Made by a program: the position numbers and the translations under genes | Shown here: positions 1 to 13,713 of the stretch, one piece after another | Layout of the letters: each line of letters begins with the position of its first letter | Position numbering within the stretch: position 1 is the stretch's first letter | DNA from: Eledone cirrhosa | Taxonomy: Eukaryota | Reading direction: 5' to 3' | Assembly: GCA_964016885.1 (NCBI GenBank) | Contig: OZ024742.1 | Location: forward strand, 161,882,001-161,946,000 | DNA: 64,000 bases | Notes under the pieces: generated by a model | The model's database searches: none | Told to the model about the DNA's origin: nothing | The model's input: the letters and a program-made list of their open reading frames with translations, nothing else

Positions 1-1179
1 ATTAAATATTACATTTGAATATAACCTCAAAGAGGTCAATTTCCTTGATGTTACTTTCAATCTCAATACAGATACGATTAAACCGTTCCATAAACTAAAT
101 GAGAACCTTAAATATGTAGATACGAGTTCTAACCACCCACTCTCTATAATTAAATCCATCCCTAGAAACGTTTCTCTTAGAATCTCCCGCCTATCGTCCA
201 ACCAACAAACCTTCAAAGAACATGCCGAGTATTATGATGATGCACTTAGGAAAGCCGGTCACCTAGATAATATAGAGTATATAGTCAAAGATCACCAAAA
301 CACCCAAAATAAATCACATAGGAGTAGAAATAGCACAGAATCACCACCATACATACACTACCGCAATAGACACAATAATAGTCGCACACCACCAAACAGA
401 AGGCGATGTAGGGAGTATATCTGGTACAACCCGGTCTATAACAAATCTATTAAAACCAATCTACCCTCAAAATTCATTCGATTAGTTAGAAAACACTTTC
501 CAACATCACATAAATATAATAAAATCTTAAACCCTAACACTATTCGACTTTCATATTCAACCGCCCCTAATATTGAACAACATATAAAAAAGCTTAACGC
601 AAAACGGTTGTATAAACGCCTTCCAACACATAACAATACACGTAAAACATTAGCTATAACATCACAAAACAACAAACAACATCCTGTCCTACATAAGCAA
701 CCTCATCAACCCATCCATGGCAATACAACAACGCAAAATTATAATTGCAACTGTGTCCAACCAGGAATGTGTCCGTTGAACAATCAGTGTCTTGAACGCA
801 ACATCGTATACAAATGTACTATCGAATCGGATAGACAGAAGTGGTACTATGTGGGATCTACAGCCACCTCCTTCAAATCACGCCTTTATAGACATCGTTA
901 TTCGATAAAACATGAAAACCAGCGTTATGTAACAACACTCGCAGACAAGGCTTGGCAGCTGAGTGAAAATAACCAACAATTTCACCTAAAATGGGATATA
1001 ATAGCGGCTGCTCCCCCCCATATTCCAATGGACAGGAATTTTGTAAATTATGTAATGTAGAATTATTTTGTATTATGAAATCCAAAAACATTTTATTAAA
1101 TAACAGAATAGAGCGATCGTTATACTGTAACCATCGCTTAAAATCTACATTTTCATATTATAAATACTACCAGGATTGA
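1..1179 (+). pseudogene. PLE family A (Naiad-like) ORF 3' part: RT C-terminus/thumb, Cys linker and GIY-YIG endonuclease; 5' end lies outside the window; frameshift at the poly-C near 1015
   Basis: Motifs VNFLDVTFNL, IWYNPVY, CNCVQPGMCP, IVYKC..YYVGST, CKLC..E and CNHR; near-identical to 39193-40370. Confidence 0.9.
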
Positions 1180-1819
1180 ACGCCTGTCTCTATCCCCGTT
1201 TGATTGTCAAAATAGATATGAACATTCTTTATTAGTCTTAATTCTATCAACTCTTCTATTATTTACCTTTTAATACAAACTGCTATAGATAAAATGAGAT
1301 TTCTGATTTCTTGATTCAATTCCCTAATGCATATACCAGCTGGCTACTAGCATTGATGTTATTTAGTAGCAATCGAAATCTCCCCCTTCCCCAATTGACA
1401 CTTTATAATTAATACTACTGCACCAAATGACCAGCCCTGTCCACTGTCCAGTTGGTCAAGTAGAGATTAAAATTGGCACTCCAAAATTCTTATTTAGATT
1501 TACTCATGGTATTCTCATTAAAAACCCATTATATACTTGTTTAGTAGTAAATTATTTTACCATCTGTCATATTCTATCCCCTCTGTTCCTTCCTCTTTTA
1601 CTAATATAAATACTTCAATTTTTCTGATTTTATCCAGTTTATCCAAAATCTCTGAAGAAGTGACAACTGATTATACATTTGCTATCGAATACTTGCTAAC
1701 ATTATATGATTACGCAAGCAGCGATACATAGGTATTCGGTCTGTTACAGAAACATATGTCAATACCTAATAAATTCCTTTTTTAACAAAAGCACTTTCAT
1801 TTTATATTCATCCTTTCTA
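1180..1819 (+). mobile_element. PLE family A 3' UTR/pLTR, ending in TA microsatellite
   Basis: Matches 40371-41010 and, inverted, 36303-36942. Confidence 0.85.
1652..1760 (+). ncRNA. Candidate hammerhead ribozyme with long (~90 nt) helix II, family A
   Basis: CTGAAGA, then GTGACA...TGTTAC stem, then GAAA-CATATG-TC (palindromic helix III); helix I pairing is weak. Confidence 0.4.
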
Positions 1820-1956
1820 TATATATATATGTATATATATATGTATATATATATGTATATATATATGTATATATATGTATATATATATGTATATATATAT
1901 GTATATATATATGTATATATATGTATATATATATGTATATATATATGTATATATAT

Positions 1957-2173
1957 AAAGGAACGATCGACTTTCGTCAAATCGGACCGAGGGAACAATG
2001 TCTCCGTTGGTCTTTCCAATTGCTAATACTATCTATCGGTCGCAACTCCAGGTAGAAGGAGCAACGTGAAATAAAGTGTCTTGCCCAAGGACACAACGCA
2101 TCGCCTAGTCCAGGAATCGAACTCACAACCTTACGATTGCGAATCCAATTCTCTAACCATTCAGCCACACGCC
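1957..2173 (-). mobile_element. tRNA-derived SINE with CORE-like segment
   Basis: Minus strand: A box TGGCTGAATGG, B box GTTCGATTCC, then TTGTGTCCTTGGGCAAGACACTTT. Confidence 0.8.
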
Positions 2174-2290
2174 TTTTTTTTTATTAATATATATGTATAT
2201 ATATATGTATATATATATGTATATATATATGTATATGTATATATATATGTATATATATGTATATATATGTATATATATATATATATTTAT

Positions 2291-2613
2291 GGAGGCACGT
2301 GGCTTAGTGGTTAGAGCATTGGCCTTACAATCAAAAGGTTGTGAGTTCAATTCTCAGACCGGGTGATGTGTTGTGTCCTTGAGCAAGACACTTTATTTAG
2401 CTGTAGAAATGGTCGTGGAGATGCCACGGCAAAAAAACACCCAGCCCACACTGTAAAGTAGACGTGTAAGCGCCACGGCAAAAAAAAAGCACCCAGCACT
2501 CACTGTAAATGAGGTTGGTGTTAGGAAGGGCATCCAGCTGTAGAAATCAAGCCAGAATCAGTTCCCGTCCCACCCTTGCAAGCAGGGAAAAGCGGACGTA
2601 AAATGAAATGATG
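2291..2613 (+). mobile_element. tRNA-derived SINE (related head, different tail)
   Basis: A box TGGCTTAGTGG, B box GTTCAATTC, TGTGTCCTTGAGCAAGACACTTT, tail ending GGACGTAAAATGAAATGATG. Confidence 0.8.
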
Positions 2614-2844
2614 TATATATATATGATTGTATATATATATGTATATATATATATGTATATATATGTATATATATGTATATGTATATATATATCTATATAT
2701 ATGTATATATATATGTATATATATATATGTATATATATGTATATATATATGTATTGAAATTTCCGTTGGAAACAGAAAAGGTCATAGAAATGAAGAGTGC
2801 TCTATGTAAGTATCAGAGCAAAATTTAATACAATAAAATTACCT

Positions 2845-2908
2845 CATTACCAGAGGTTTCCCGAATGAGGCGAATACGAAATAAACGACTTCATTCGTTC
2901 GTCAGACG
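2845..2908 (-). ncRNA. Hammerhead ribozyme in an orphan pLTR-like fragment (~2755-2920)
   Basis: Minus strand: CTGACGA, helix II CGAATGA...TCATTCG, GAAA-CC-TCT-GG-TA; only ~3 bp of helix I. Confidence 0.65.
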
Positions 2909-3001
2909 TATTGATTTTTATACATTATATATATGTATATATATATGTATATATATATGTATATGTATATATATATGTATATATATATGTATATATAGAT
3001 G

Positions 3002-3054
<53 letters not shown>

Positions 3055-3646
3055 GTATATATATATATATATGTATATATAGATGTATATATATATGTTT
3101 ATATATATGTTTATATATATGTATATATATATGTATATATATATGTATATATATATGTATATATATATATGTATATATATATATGTATATATATCATAAA
3201 ACATGTCTATAGAATCATCAGATATTAAAATATATACTATTTCTTCTTCTAATTAGCATAATTAACCATATACAAAATCAAATCTAGCAAGCTTTAAGAA
3301 TAAATTTTCTTATGGGGAAATCTCTGACAATTGATCGTAGCCTCTTCGCGGCAGCCCCGTTCCATTATTTATCCAATATTTCGGCAGCATGCAGAATCCG
3401 ACCAAGTATACCATCAACCACACACAATTAGTAGTAAAATTAAACTTAGAAGAAATGCGCACATACCGTAATTATATCTCTACCATGGTTTCTTCCTTAT
3501 TTAGGACATCCAAATAATATGAATTATCCAGAGTTAGGATCATCAGGAAATAAACTCAAAATCAGACATTTAGTTTTTCTAACCGATCGCGCCAAATTTA
3601 GATTCAAAAATGTATATGTATACATATATATATATGTATATATATG

Positions 3647-3681
<35 letters not shown>

Positions 3682-3766
3682 GTATATATATATGTATATA
3701 TATATGTATATATATATGTATATATATATGTATATATATATGTATATATATATGTATATATAAATG

Positions 3767-3814
<48 letters not shown>

Positions 3815-3815
<1 letters not shown>

Positions 3816-4987
3816 TGGTGTCACTGGAAAGCTGCTGCTGTGGATCAAGAGCTTCCTGTCAAACAGAACCCAACATGTTGTAGTTGAGGGAGTCAAATCA
3901 AGCCCAGCCAAAGTCAGTAGTGGGGTCCCACAAGGCACTGTGTTGGGCCCACTTCTCTTCATCATCTATATTAATGACATCACTGACATCATCAAACACA
4001 GCAACATTAAAATTTTCGCTGATGATTCCAAGCTCCAAAAGGTCATCAATGGCGTGGATGACCGGATAAGCCTTCAGTCGGACCTACTGGCTGTTACCCA
4101 ATGGGCGGAAAAGAACAACATGTTACTGAACGAAGACAAATTCGAAGTGATCCACTTTGGAAAAGTGGATGCTCTGAAACTCCCGTACTCCCTTCCCTCC
4201 GGGGAAACTCTCGTGGCATCTAACAACATCAGAGACTTGGGAGTAACCGTGGACAGCAACATAAGCTGGACCACGCATATAAGCAGCAAAGTTGACATGG
4301 CCCGCAGAATGTGTTCCTGGATCCTCAGAACCTTCCAGTCGAGAGATTCCCGCACCATTATCCTTCTCTTCTCTACTTTCGCCCGACCACACCTTGAATA
4401 CTGTTGTCCACTGTGGTCTCCCCACACGAAACAAAGTATCATGAAACTTGAAGCTCCTCAAAGGGCAATCACGAAAAAGATAGATGGCATGTCAGACCTT
4501 GACTACTGGGGTCGATTAGAAAACCTGAAACTTTACTCACTCCAACGTCGCCGTGAGCGTTATATTATCTGCATGATGTGGAAAATGTTCCATCATCACT
4601 GCCCAAATGATGTTGGCATCGCCTTCAAGATACACCCAAGGCTTGGGCCCCGTGCTATCCGTCCCATTCAAAAATCTAAATCGCAACTCATAACAACAAT
4701 ACGGCACAATTATTTCACCTCAATCGGCCCTGCTCTCTTCAACATCACACCAGGACACGTCAAAACAGAAACTGACCACACAAAATTCAAGAAGTCTTTG
4801 GACAAATTCCTCCAAGTAATCCCGGACAAACCACCCACACCCGGATATGTCTCCGCAAACAGTAATTCTCTTCTCGAATGGGCCATGGTGCCCAAATCCT
4901 GAATTGAAAGACTTCGCCAGGTGGTGCTATTAAGTTAGACATGGCCTGGGCCAATACTGGCCAAAACATTTCAAAGTTATTCAAAGT
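3815..4987 (+). mobile_element. 5'-truncated CR1/L2-group LINE: RT C-terminal half and 3' UTR; open frame to 4902
   Basis: [36 protein letters not shown]; tail repeat TTCAAAGTT. Confidence 0.9.
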
Positions 4988-5290
4988 TATATATGTATGT
5001 ATATATGTATATATATATGTATATATATATGTATATGTATATATATATGTATATATATATATGTATATATATATGTATATATATATAAATATATGTATAT
5101 ATATATGTATATGAATATGTATATGAATATATATATGTATATATATATGTATATATATATATATGTATATATATATATGTATATATATATATATGTATAT
5201 ATATATATGTATATATATATGTATATGTATATATATATGTATATATATATGTATATATATATATGTATATATATATCTATATATATATAT

Positions 5291-5472
5291 AAGAACAAAA
5301 GATGGTTAAAGGAGTTCCATGTATTTTATTATGCGCATTTCAAATACATGGAACTCCTTTAACCATCTTTTGTTCTTATATATTATGTATACTCCAGTCC
5401 CACAAATTGTAGAGTGCTTCTTATCCGATATCTGCATTGCTTTATTGTACTACAATAAAACTCACCTCCTAC
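5291..5472. repeat. Mini fold-back of family G pLTR (~36-bp arms) plus terminal extension
   Basis: AAGAACAAAAGATGG...CATGTATTT pairs with AAATACATG...TTTTGTTCTT; same terminus CTCACCTCCTAC as at 17081 and 59215. Confidence 0.85.
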
Positions 5473-5479
5473 ATATATC

Positions 5480-5510
<31 letters not shown>

Positions 5511-5587
5511 CTATCTATATATATATATGTATATATATATGTATATATATATATATGTATATATATATGTATATATATATGTATATG

Positions 5588-5658
<71 letters not shown>

Positions 5659-5757
5659 GTATATATATATGTATATATATATGTATATATATATATATAT
5701 GTGTATATATATATGTATATATATATGTATATATATATGTATATATATATGTATATG

Positions 5758-5802
<45 letters not shown>

Positions 5803-5881
5803 GTATATATATATGTATATGTATATATATATGTATATATATATGTATATATATATCTCTATATATATATATATGTATATA

Positions 5882-5926
<45 letters not shown>

Positions 5927-5995
5927 GTATATATATATGTATATGTATATATATATATGTATATATATATGTATATATATGTATATATATATGTA

Positions 5996-7216
5996 CAGGG
6001 TTGATCATAACATTCTACTGAGAAAGCTGTCCAATATTGGTGTCACTGGAAAGCTGCTGCAGTGGATCAAGAGCTTCCTGTCAAACAGAACCCAACATGT
6101 TGTAGTTGAAGGAGTCAAATCCAGCCTAGCCAAAGTCAGTAGTGGGGTCCCACAAGGCACTGTGTTGGGCCCACTTCTCTTCATCATCTATACTAATGAC
6201 ATCACTGACATCATCAAACACAGCAACATTAAAATTTTCGCTGATGATTCCAAGCTCCAAAAGGTCATCAATGGCGTGGATGACCGGATAAGCCTTCAGT
6301 CGGACCTACTGGCTGTTACCCAATGGGCGGAAAAGAACAACATGTTACTGAACGAAGACAAATTCGAAGTGATCCACTTTGGAAAAGTGGATGCTCTGAA
6401 ACTCCCGTACTCCCTTCCCCCCGGGGAAACTCTCGTGGCATCTAACAACATCAGAGACTTGGGAGTAACCGTGGACAGCAACATAAGCTGGGCCACGCAT
6501 AAAAGCAGCAAAGTTGACATGGCCCGCAGAATGTGTTCCTGGATCCTCAGAACCTTCCAGTCGAGAGATTCCCACACCATTATCCTTCTCTTCTCTACTT
6601 TTGCCCGACCACACCTTGAATACTGTTGTCCACTGTGGTCTCCCCACACGAAACAAAGTATCATGAAACTTGAAGCTCCTCAAAGGGCAATCACGAAAAA
6701 GATAGATGGCATGTCAGACCTTGACTACTGGGGTCGACTAGAAAAGCTGAAACTTTACTCACTCCAACGTCGCCGCGAGTGTTATATTATCTGCATGATG
6801 TGGAAAATGTTCCATCATCACTGCCCAAATGATGTTGGCATCGCCTTCAAGATACACCCAAGGCTTGGGCCCCGTGCTATCCGTCCCATTCAAAAATCTA
6901 AATCGCAACTCATAACAACAATACGGCACAATTATTTCACCTCAATCGGCCCTGCTCTCTTCAACATCACACCAGGACACGTCAAAACAGAAACTGACCA
7001 CACAAAATTCAAGAAGTCTTTGGACAAATTCCTCCAAGTAATCCCGGACAAACCACCCACACCCGGATATGTCTCCGCAAACAGTAATTCTCTTCTCGAA
7101 TGGGCCATGGTGCCCAAATCCTGAATTGAAAGACTTCGCCAGGTGGTGCTATTAAGTTAGACATGGCCTGGGCCAATACTGGCCAAAACATTTCAAAGTT
7201 ATTCAAAGTTCAAAGT
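5996..7216 (+). mobile_element. Second, near-identical 5'-truncated copy of the same CR1/L2-group LINE
   Basis: Protein nearly identical to 3815-4902; begins ~40 bp further 5' ([11 protein letters not shown]). Confidence 0.9.
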
Positions 7217-7270
7217 TATATATATATATGTATATATATGTATATATATATGTATATATATATGTATATA

Positions 7271-7321
<51 letters not shown>

Positions 7322-7359
7322 GTATATATATATGTATATATATATGTATATATATATGC

Positions 7360-7391
<32 letters not shown>

Positions 7392-7745
7392 GTATATATA
7401 TATATGTATATATATGTATATATATATATATGTATATATATGTATATATATATATGTATATATATGTATATATATGTATATATATGTATATATATATATG
7501 TATATATATATGTATATATATATGTATATATATGTTTATATATATGTATATATATGTATATGTATATATATATGTATATATATGTATATGTATATATATA
7601 TGTATATATATGTATATATATATATGTATATATATGTATATATATATATGTATATATATGTATATATATATATGTATATATGTATATATATGTATATATA
7701 TATGTATATATGTATATATATATGTATATATATTATATATATATA

Positions 7746-7841
7746 TAAAAATAATACAGATACAATATAGACACAAACACATATATTTAGTTTATCAAAG
7801 TTCTTTCGTTGCACATTTGCAACATCGTCAGTGGTGCTATT
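7746..7841 (-). mobile_element. Fragment of PLE family B pLTR consisting almost only of its hammerhead
   Basis: Minus strand CTGACGA-TGTTGCAAATGTGCAAC-GAAA-GAAC-TT; homologous to 28965-29055. Confidence 0.75.
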
Positions 7842-7842
7842 G

Positions 7843-7973
<131 letters not shown>

Positions 7974-8006
7974 GTATATATATATGTATAAATATATATA
8001 TATATG

Positions 8007-8054
<48 letters not shown>

Positions 8055-8120
8055 ATATGTATATATATATGTATATATATATATGTATATATATATGTAT
8101 ATATATATGTATATATATAT

Positions 8121-8670
8121 GGATACCCTCCGCCACAGGCAGGGAGGGCAGGCCGAGCAACCAACAATACCCTCCGCCACAGGCAGGGAGGGCAGGCCGG
8201 GCAACCAACAAGCAAAGGGCAAAGGTGAAAAACGAAATCACCTTCCGAAGGAGAACCAAGAGCAGAGGGACCAGTGGACAACTGTTCAAAGGAAGAACAG
8301 AAAGCACCGATACACTGGGAGCAAAAAAACCCAAGTAATGTGCAAGTTTTTCAAGAACGTGACATGCTGGCATGGAGAGACAGGGATGGGATGCAGATTC
8401 GCCCACCCTAGGTCTCAAACGAACTATGCCCATCATACTCGCGCAACATGCCCCAGCCAAAGCCGAAATAAGCCGCTCCAGAAGTATGCTGATGTCGCGC
8501 ATGCCGCACCAACAAGGAGAAGGCACGCACATGCCGACGAGATACAGATGGCAGCAGCAGATCAGAAAGATTTTTCAGTGATGGCAGAGAAGATTGTGGG
8601 ACAGCTGACCTGGCTGCATCGTCTCCAGAGCCAGGTCATCCACACCAGCACTCGAGACCACCACAGTTAA
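8121..8670 (+). CDS. LINE ORF1 C-terminal part with CCCH-type zinc finger (5' truncated)
   Basis: [23 protein letters not shown] immediately upstream of ORF2; ~47-bp tandem duplication at its 5' edge. Confidence 0.6.
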
Positions 8671-8680
8671 GGGACCCAGA

Positions 8681-11600
8681 GTGGCCGCCGCTGACACCAG
8701 ACCAGGTGTCATACTGACAGCCATTACTGGCACCCCAAAAGTCACACCAGTGCTGCTGCTGAATGTCAGAAGCCTGGTGAAACTCAGTAACATGAGTAAA
8801 ATTTCCTACCTGGGAGACTTAGCCATAAGCAATCAAGCACTATGCATGGCACTAACCGAAACGCACCTGACAAGCAGTATAGCAGATGCAGAAATACATA
8901 TACCGAAATATACTGTATTTCGTTCGGACAGGAAAGAGAGAACTCATGGTGGGGTTGCTCTGTATATCCGTGAAGATGTCACACCAATTGTACTGTTGAC
9001 ACATTCAAACTCAGTCTGTGACACACTGATAATACATATGAAGCAACTACAGACAGTAATATGTGTCACATATCGGCCGCCCGATGCCCCCAGTCATGAG
9101 GGTAAATTTGAGGATAGCCTAAGTAGGATAGAAGAGGTCCTTGACAAACTGGACCAGGGTCTCAACATCCTACTGCTGGGAGACTTCAACCTACCAAAGG
9201 TCAAATGGCCTGAGGGCCACCTCCTCCCTGGAATGACGTCAATAGAACAGAGACAGACGGAATCCCTGCTGGCCCTCACACACAGGCTGTTCATGGAGCA
9301 AGCAATACTCCTCCCAACAAGAGGCGAAAATGTCCTGGACCTCTGTTTTACAAACAACGAAGTGCTCATCCACAATGTAAAGGTGACACCAACAATTCTC
9401 TCGGATCATAACTTAGTAGAGCTAATGATATATGGTCCAAGAGAACCAACAGAGACAAAACCACCAAGAAGCTCCGGGACGCTATCCAGCCTTAACTTCT
9501 ACAAGGCTAACTGGAAAAAGATTAAGAGTGAAATCCGGAAGCAAACATGGAGTGAAAACACCCCCACACAAGACACTAACACACAATTTCAACACTTCAT
9601 GACAACGATACACACTATATGCAAAAAGTTTGTCCCGGAGAAAGAGGCAAACAGACACAAAAATCTTATTCCCAGAGATAGGAAAATCCTTATGAGACGT
9701 AGAACTAAACTCTCAAACCAGTTGAATAGTCAACAAAACAAAAACAAGAAGGAATCCGATTTGAAACGTGCACTACTTGACACCGAGATTGCACTCAAAC
9801 TTTCACATGAGAATGAGAGGGCAAAGAAAGAGAACAGGGCCATAGAAAACATTAAAACAAACCCTAAGGCCTTCTTTAAATTTGCAAAAGAAACTGCCTC
9901 AGTACACTGCAAGATTGGGCCACTCTTCCACACGGACGGTTCATTAACCGAAAACCCCCAAGAGATATGTGAAATACTGAACGAACAGTACAAAAGTGTG
10001 TTCACATGTCCACTGAGGCACATGCAAATAACGAAGCCAGAGGAGTTCTTTGATGCCACAACACTACATCAAGAAATGGCAACCATCAACCACATAGACA
10101 TAACGGAGGAGGATGTGGTGTACGCCATTGATGAAATTAGAACAGACTCGGCTGCTGGACCTGATGGATTCCCAGCAGTTCTCTTAAAAATATGTAAGCG
10201 GGCCTTAGCAACTCCACTGAAGATGCTAGCGGTGTACTACCCAGGGAGCTGAAAGAAGGCACAATATGCCCTATCCATAAAGGAGGTAGTAGAGCGGAGG
10301 CCAAGAACTATAGGCCAGTCTCCCGGACATCGCATATCAGTAAGGTCATGGAGCGAGTCATCAGAAAGAAACTAATCACTTTCCTCGAAGAAAATGACCG
10401 CCTGACTAGCACGCAACATGGCTTCCGCCCAGGAAGAAGCTGCCTTACACAGCTGCTACATCACTACGACTGGGTACTGAAACAACTACTAGACAGCTCA
10501 CATGTGGACGTGATATATCTTGACTTTGCGAAGGCCTTTGACAAGGTCGACCACGGAATGATATGTCACAAACTACACGGACTCGGCATAACTGGAAAAG
10601 TAGGTGAGTGGCTGCATGGCTTCCTAAGGGACAGAAGCCAGGCAGTCGCAGCAAATGGGGCCCTCTTGAGGGAAACACCGATAACAAGTGGGGTGCCCCA
10701 GGGGACAGTCCTGGGACCACTACTGTTTTGGGTGGCTCTCTCGGTCAGGCCCTCTGTGGTGCATGCAACAACATCCCTCACTAGCTATGCTGATGACACT
10801 AAGGTAGCACAGGCAATCAAAAACCCGGCTGACGCTGCCCTTTTACAGCAGGATCTGGATGCCCTATACAGATGGGCGGAAGAAAACAACATGCAGTTTA
10901 ATGCTGGCAAATTCCAAGCCCTACAATACAAACCTGCAAACACAAATATAGTGGAACACAGCTACACAGGACCAGGAGGGACCGATATCCCCGTGTCAAA
11001 ATCGATACGAGACCTGGGCATAGACATGAGCGATGATGCATCTTTTTCTTCACACATCATAAAAGTGGCGACAATGTGCAGACGACTCGCTGGCTGGATC
11101 TTGAGGACTTTCCGGACAAGAGATCGAGACACCATGTTGACACTGTGGAGGACTTTTGTCCTAAGCCGCCTGGACTACTGCTCCCAGTTGTGGTCACCCC
11201 ATAGTGTCAAACTAACCACGGAGCTTGAGGCAATCCAGCGAAGCTACACCAAGAGGATTTCCAAGATGAAGGAGACAAGCTACTGGGAGAGGCTGAAGGA
11301 ACTGAAGCTCTACTCCTTGGAGCGAAGACGGGAGAGATACGCAGTGATCTACATGTGGAAAATCCTGGAGGGACTAGCACCAAACTTTGGCATTGGGAGC
11401 TGGACCAACCGTCGAACAGGACGTCACTGTGTGGTGCCAAAGGTCCCGTCTTCCACATCTAGAATAAGGAGCAGGTATTGCAATAGCCTGGGATTCAAGG
11501 GCCCTCAACTCTTCAACAGGCTGCCGAGGCATCTGAGAGACTTGCATGACGTGGAGTTGGATGTCTTTAAGAAACATCTCGACACCTTGTTATCCAGGAT

Positions 11601-11697
11601 CCCGGATGAGCCCACAGTAAGACACGAGAGAAACCTAAGAGCAGCAGCAACAAACTCCCTCTTACACCAGTGGCCAACCTATACAGGCTGGAGATAA
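8681..11697 (+). pseudogene. LINE ORF2 (APE endonuclease and RT) broken by a frameshift/deletion near 10230
   Basis: ORFs 8681-10252 and 10348-11697 are bridged by an out-of-frame ICPIHKGG..NYRPVS motif. Confidence 0.9.
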
Positions 11698-11796
11698 AAT
11701 GTGTAGCAACAAGGGCGGTGCCTCAGCACGGCCTCAGCCGGATGGCTGAAACAGGTAAAAGAAAAAAGAGTAAAAGAATATATACATATATATGTA

Positions 11797-11842
<46 letters not shown>

Positions 11843-11844
11843 TG

Positions 11845-11880
<36 letters not shown>

Positions 11881-11931
11881 TATATACATATATGTATACA
11901 TACATGTATATATATATATATGTATATATAC

Positions 11932-11968
<37 letters not shown>

Positions 11969-11984
11969 CATATATATATGTATG

Positions 11985-12015
<31 letters not shown>

Positions 12016-12051
12016 GTATATATATGTATTTGTATATATATATATATATGA

Positions 12052-12082
<31 letters not shown>

Positions 12083-12226
12083 TGTATGTATATATATATA
12101 TATGTATATGTATGTGTATATATATATATATATATGTATGTATATATATATATATGTATGTATATACATATGCATGTATATATATATGTATGTATATATA
12201 TATATATAAATCAATAATAATGAGTT

Positions 12227-12752
12227 CAAATCTCAGGCAGTCTTTTACAATGAAATAGCTCGAAGAAAGAGTATTTCTGAGCCGTGTAATACAGGATAAT
12301 ATAAATTAATATATTTGATAAACACAAATCCCAACATATTCATGTTTGTATTGTAAATGACCAAGTTAGCTAGATTGAAATATACTAATAATAATATTAC
12401 AGTTTGCCTATCTTGACTTAAGATAATAAATCAACAAAAACAAATTGTATTGGCAATGGCCGTGGTGCTTGGACAAATTTAAATTTCAAAATCAAACCTG
12501 TTCCAAATATGTTTCGAATAATGAAAAAGTGGAAGAAATACCGCAAGCACTATAAAAATTGGTATGTTCCACTTCAAAATATTTAGAAAGACTGTTTAGC
12601 ACACGAGGTAATTTCACGCGGTTATCCAGTGTCTAGCTAGTCACATACTCGTGCTGCTAGAAATAACAGCCGTTTGTATGGGGCTAAATTCAGCTCAACG
12701 AAGGAGCAGTGATAAATCAATAATATTGAGTTCAAATCTCAGGCAGTCTTTT
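12227..12752 (+). repeat. Family J unclassified ~485-bp non-coding unit with ~40-bp terminal direct repeat
   Basis: AAATCAATAATA.TGAGTTCAAATCTCAGGCAGTCTTTTA at both ends; homologues at 35060-35990 (-) and 41310-42265 (+). Confidence 0.75.
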
Positions 12753-12787
12753 ATATATATGTATGTATATGTATATATATATGTATG

Positions 12788-12877
<90 letters not shown>

Positions 12878-13117
12878 TACATATATATATATATACATAT
12901 ATATATATACATATATACATATATATATATATACATATAAATATATATATATATATACATATATACATATATATATACATATATATATACATATATACAT
13001 ATAAATATATATATGTATATACATGTATACATACATATATACATATACATATATATATATGTATGTATATATGTATAGAAATATATATATATACATATAT
13101 ATATGTGTGTATACATG

Positions 13118-13149
<32 letters not shown>

Positions 13150-13233
13150 CATATATGTATATATATGTGTGTATGTATATATATATATGTATATATATGT
13201 ATATGTATATGTATGTGTATATGTATATGTATG

Positions 13234-13274
<41 letters not shown>

Positions 13275-13276
13275 GA

Positions 13277-13310
<34 letters not shown>

Positions 13311-13408
13311 GTATATATATATATGTGTATATATATGTATATGTGTATATATATATGTGTATATAGATATATATATATATGTATATGGATATATATGTGT
13401 GTATATAG

Positions 13409-13476
<68 letters not shown>

Positions 13477-13552
13477 GTATGTGTATATATATATATATAT
13501 GTATATATATGTGTATGTATATACATATATATGTATATATATATGTGTATGT

Positions 13553-13586
<34 letters not shown>

Positions 13587-13644
13587 ATATATATGTATGT
13601 ATATGTATATATATATATATGTGTATGTGTATATATGTATATGT

Positions 13645-13675
<31 letters not shown>

Positions 13676-13713
13676 TATATATATGTATGTATATATGTAT
13701 ATGTGTATATATA

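Larger units (their letters stand above)
8121..11778 (+). mobile_element. Near full-length CR1/L2-group LINE: ORF1 remnant plus APE-RT ORF2
   Basis: APE motifs LLNVRSL, ALTETHL, GGVALY, LLGDFN, LDL, SDH; RT motifs QHGFR, YLDFAKAFD, GVPQG, YADD; tail GTAAAAGA repeats; flanked by TA microsatellite. Confidence 0.92.

Noticed and set aside
2291-2365. tRNA gene
   Set aside because: A and B boxes continue into SINE core and tail; no clean cloverleaf.
3195-3610. Unique-looking segment as possible exon
   Set aside because: No convincing ORF, motif or splice pattern; left unclassified.
9094-11577. Minus-strand ORFs overlapping the LINE
   Set aside because: Antisense shadows of the LINE coding sequence with no independent motifs.
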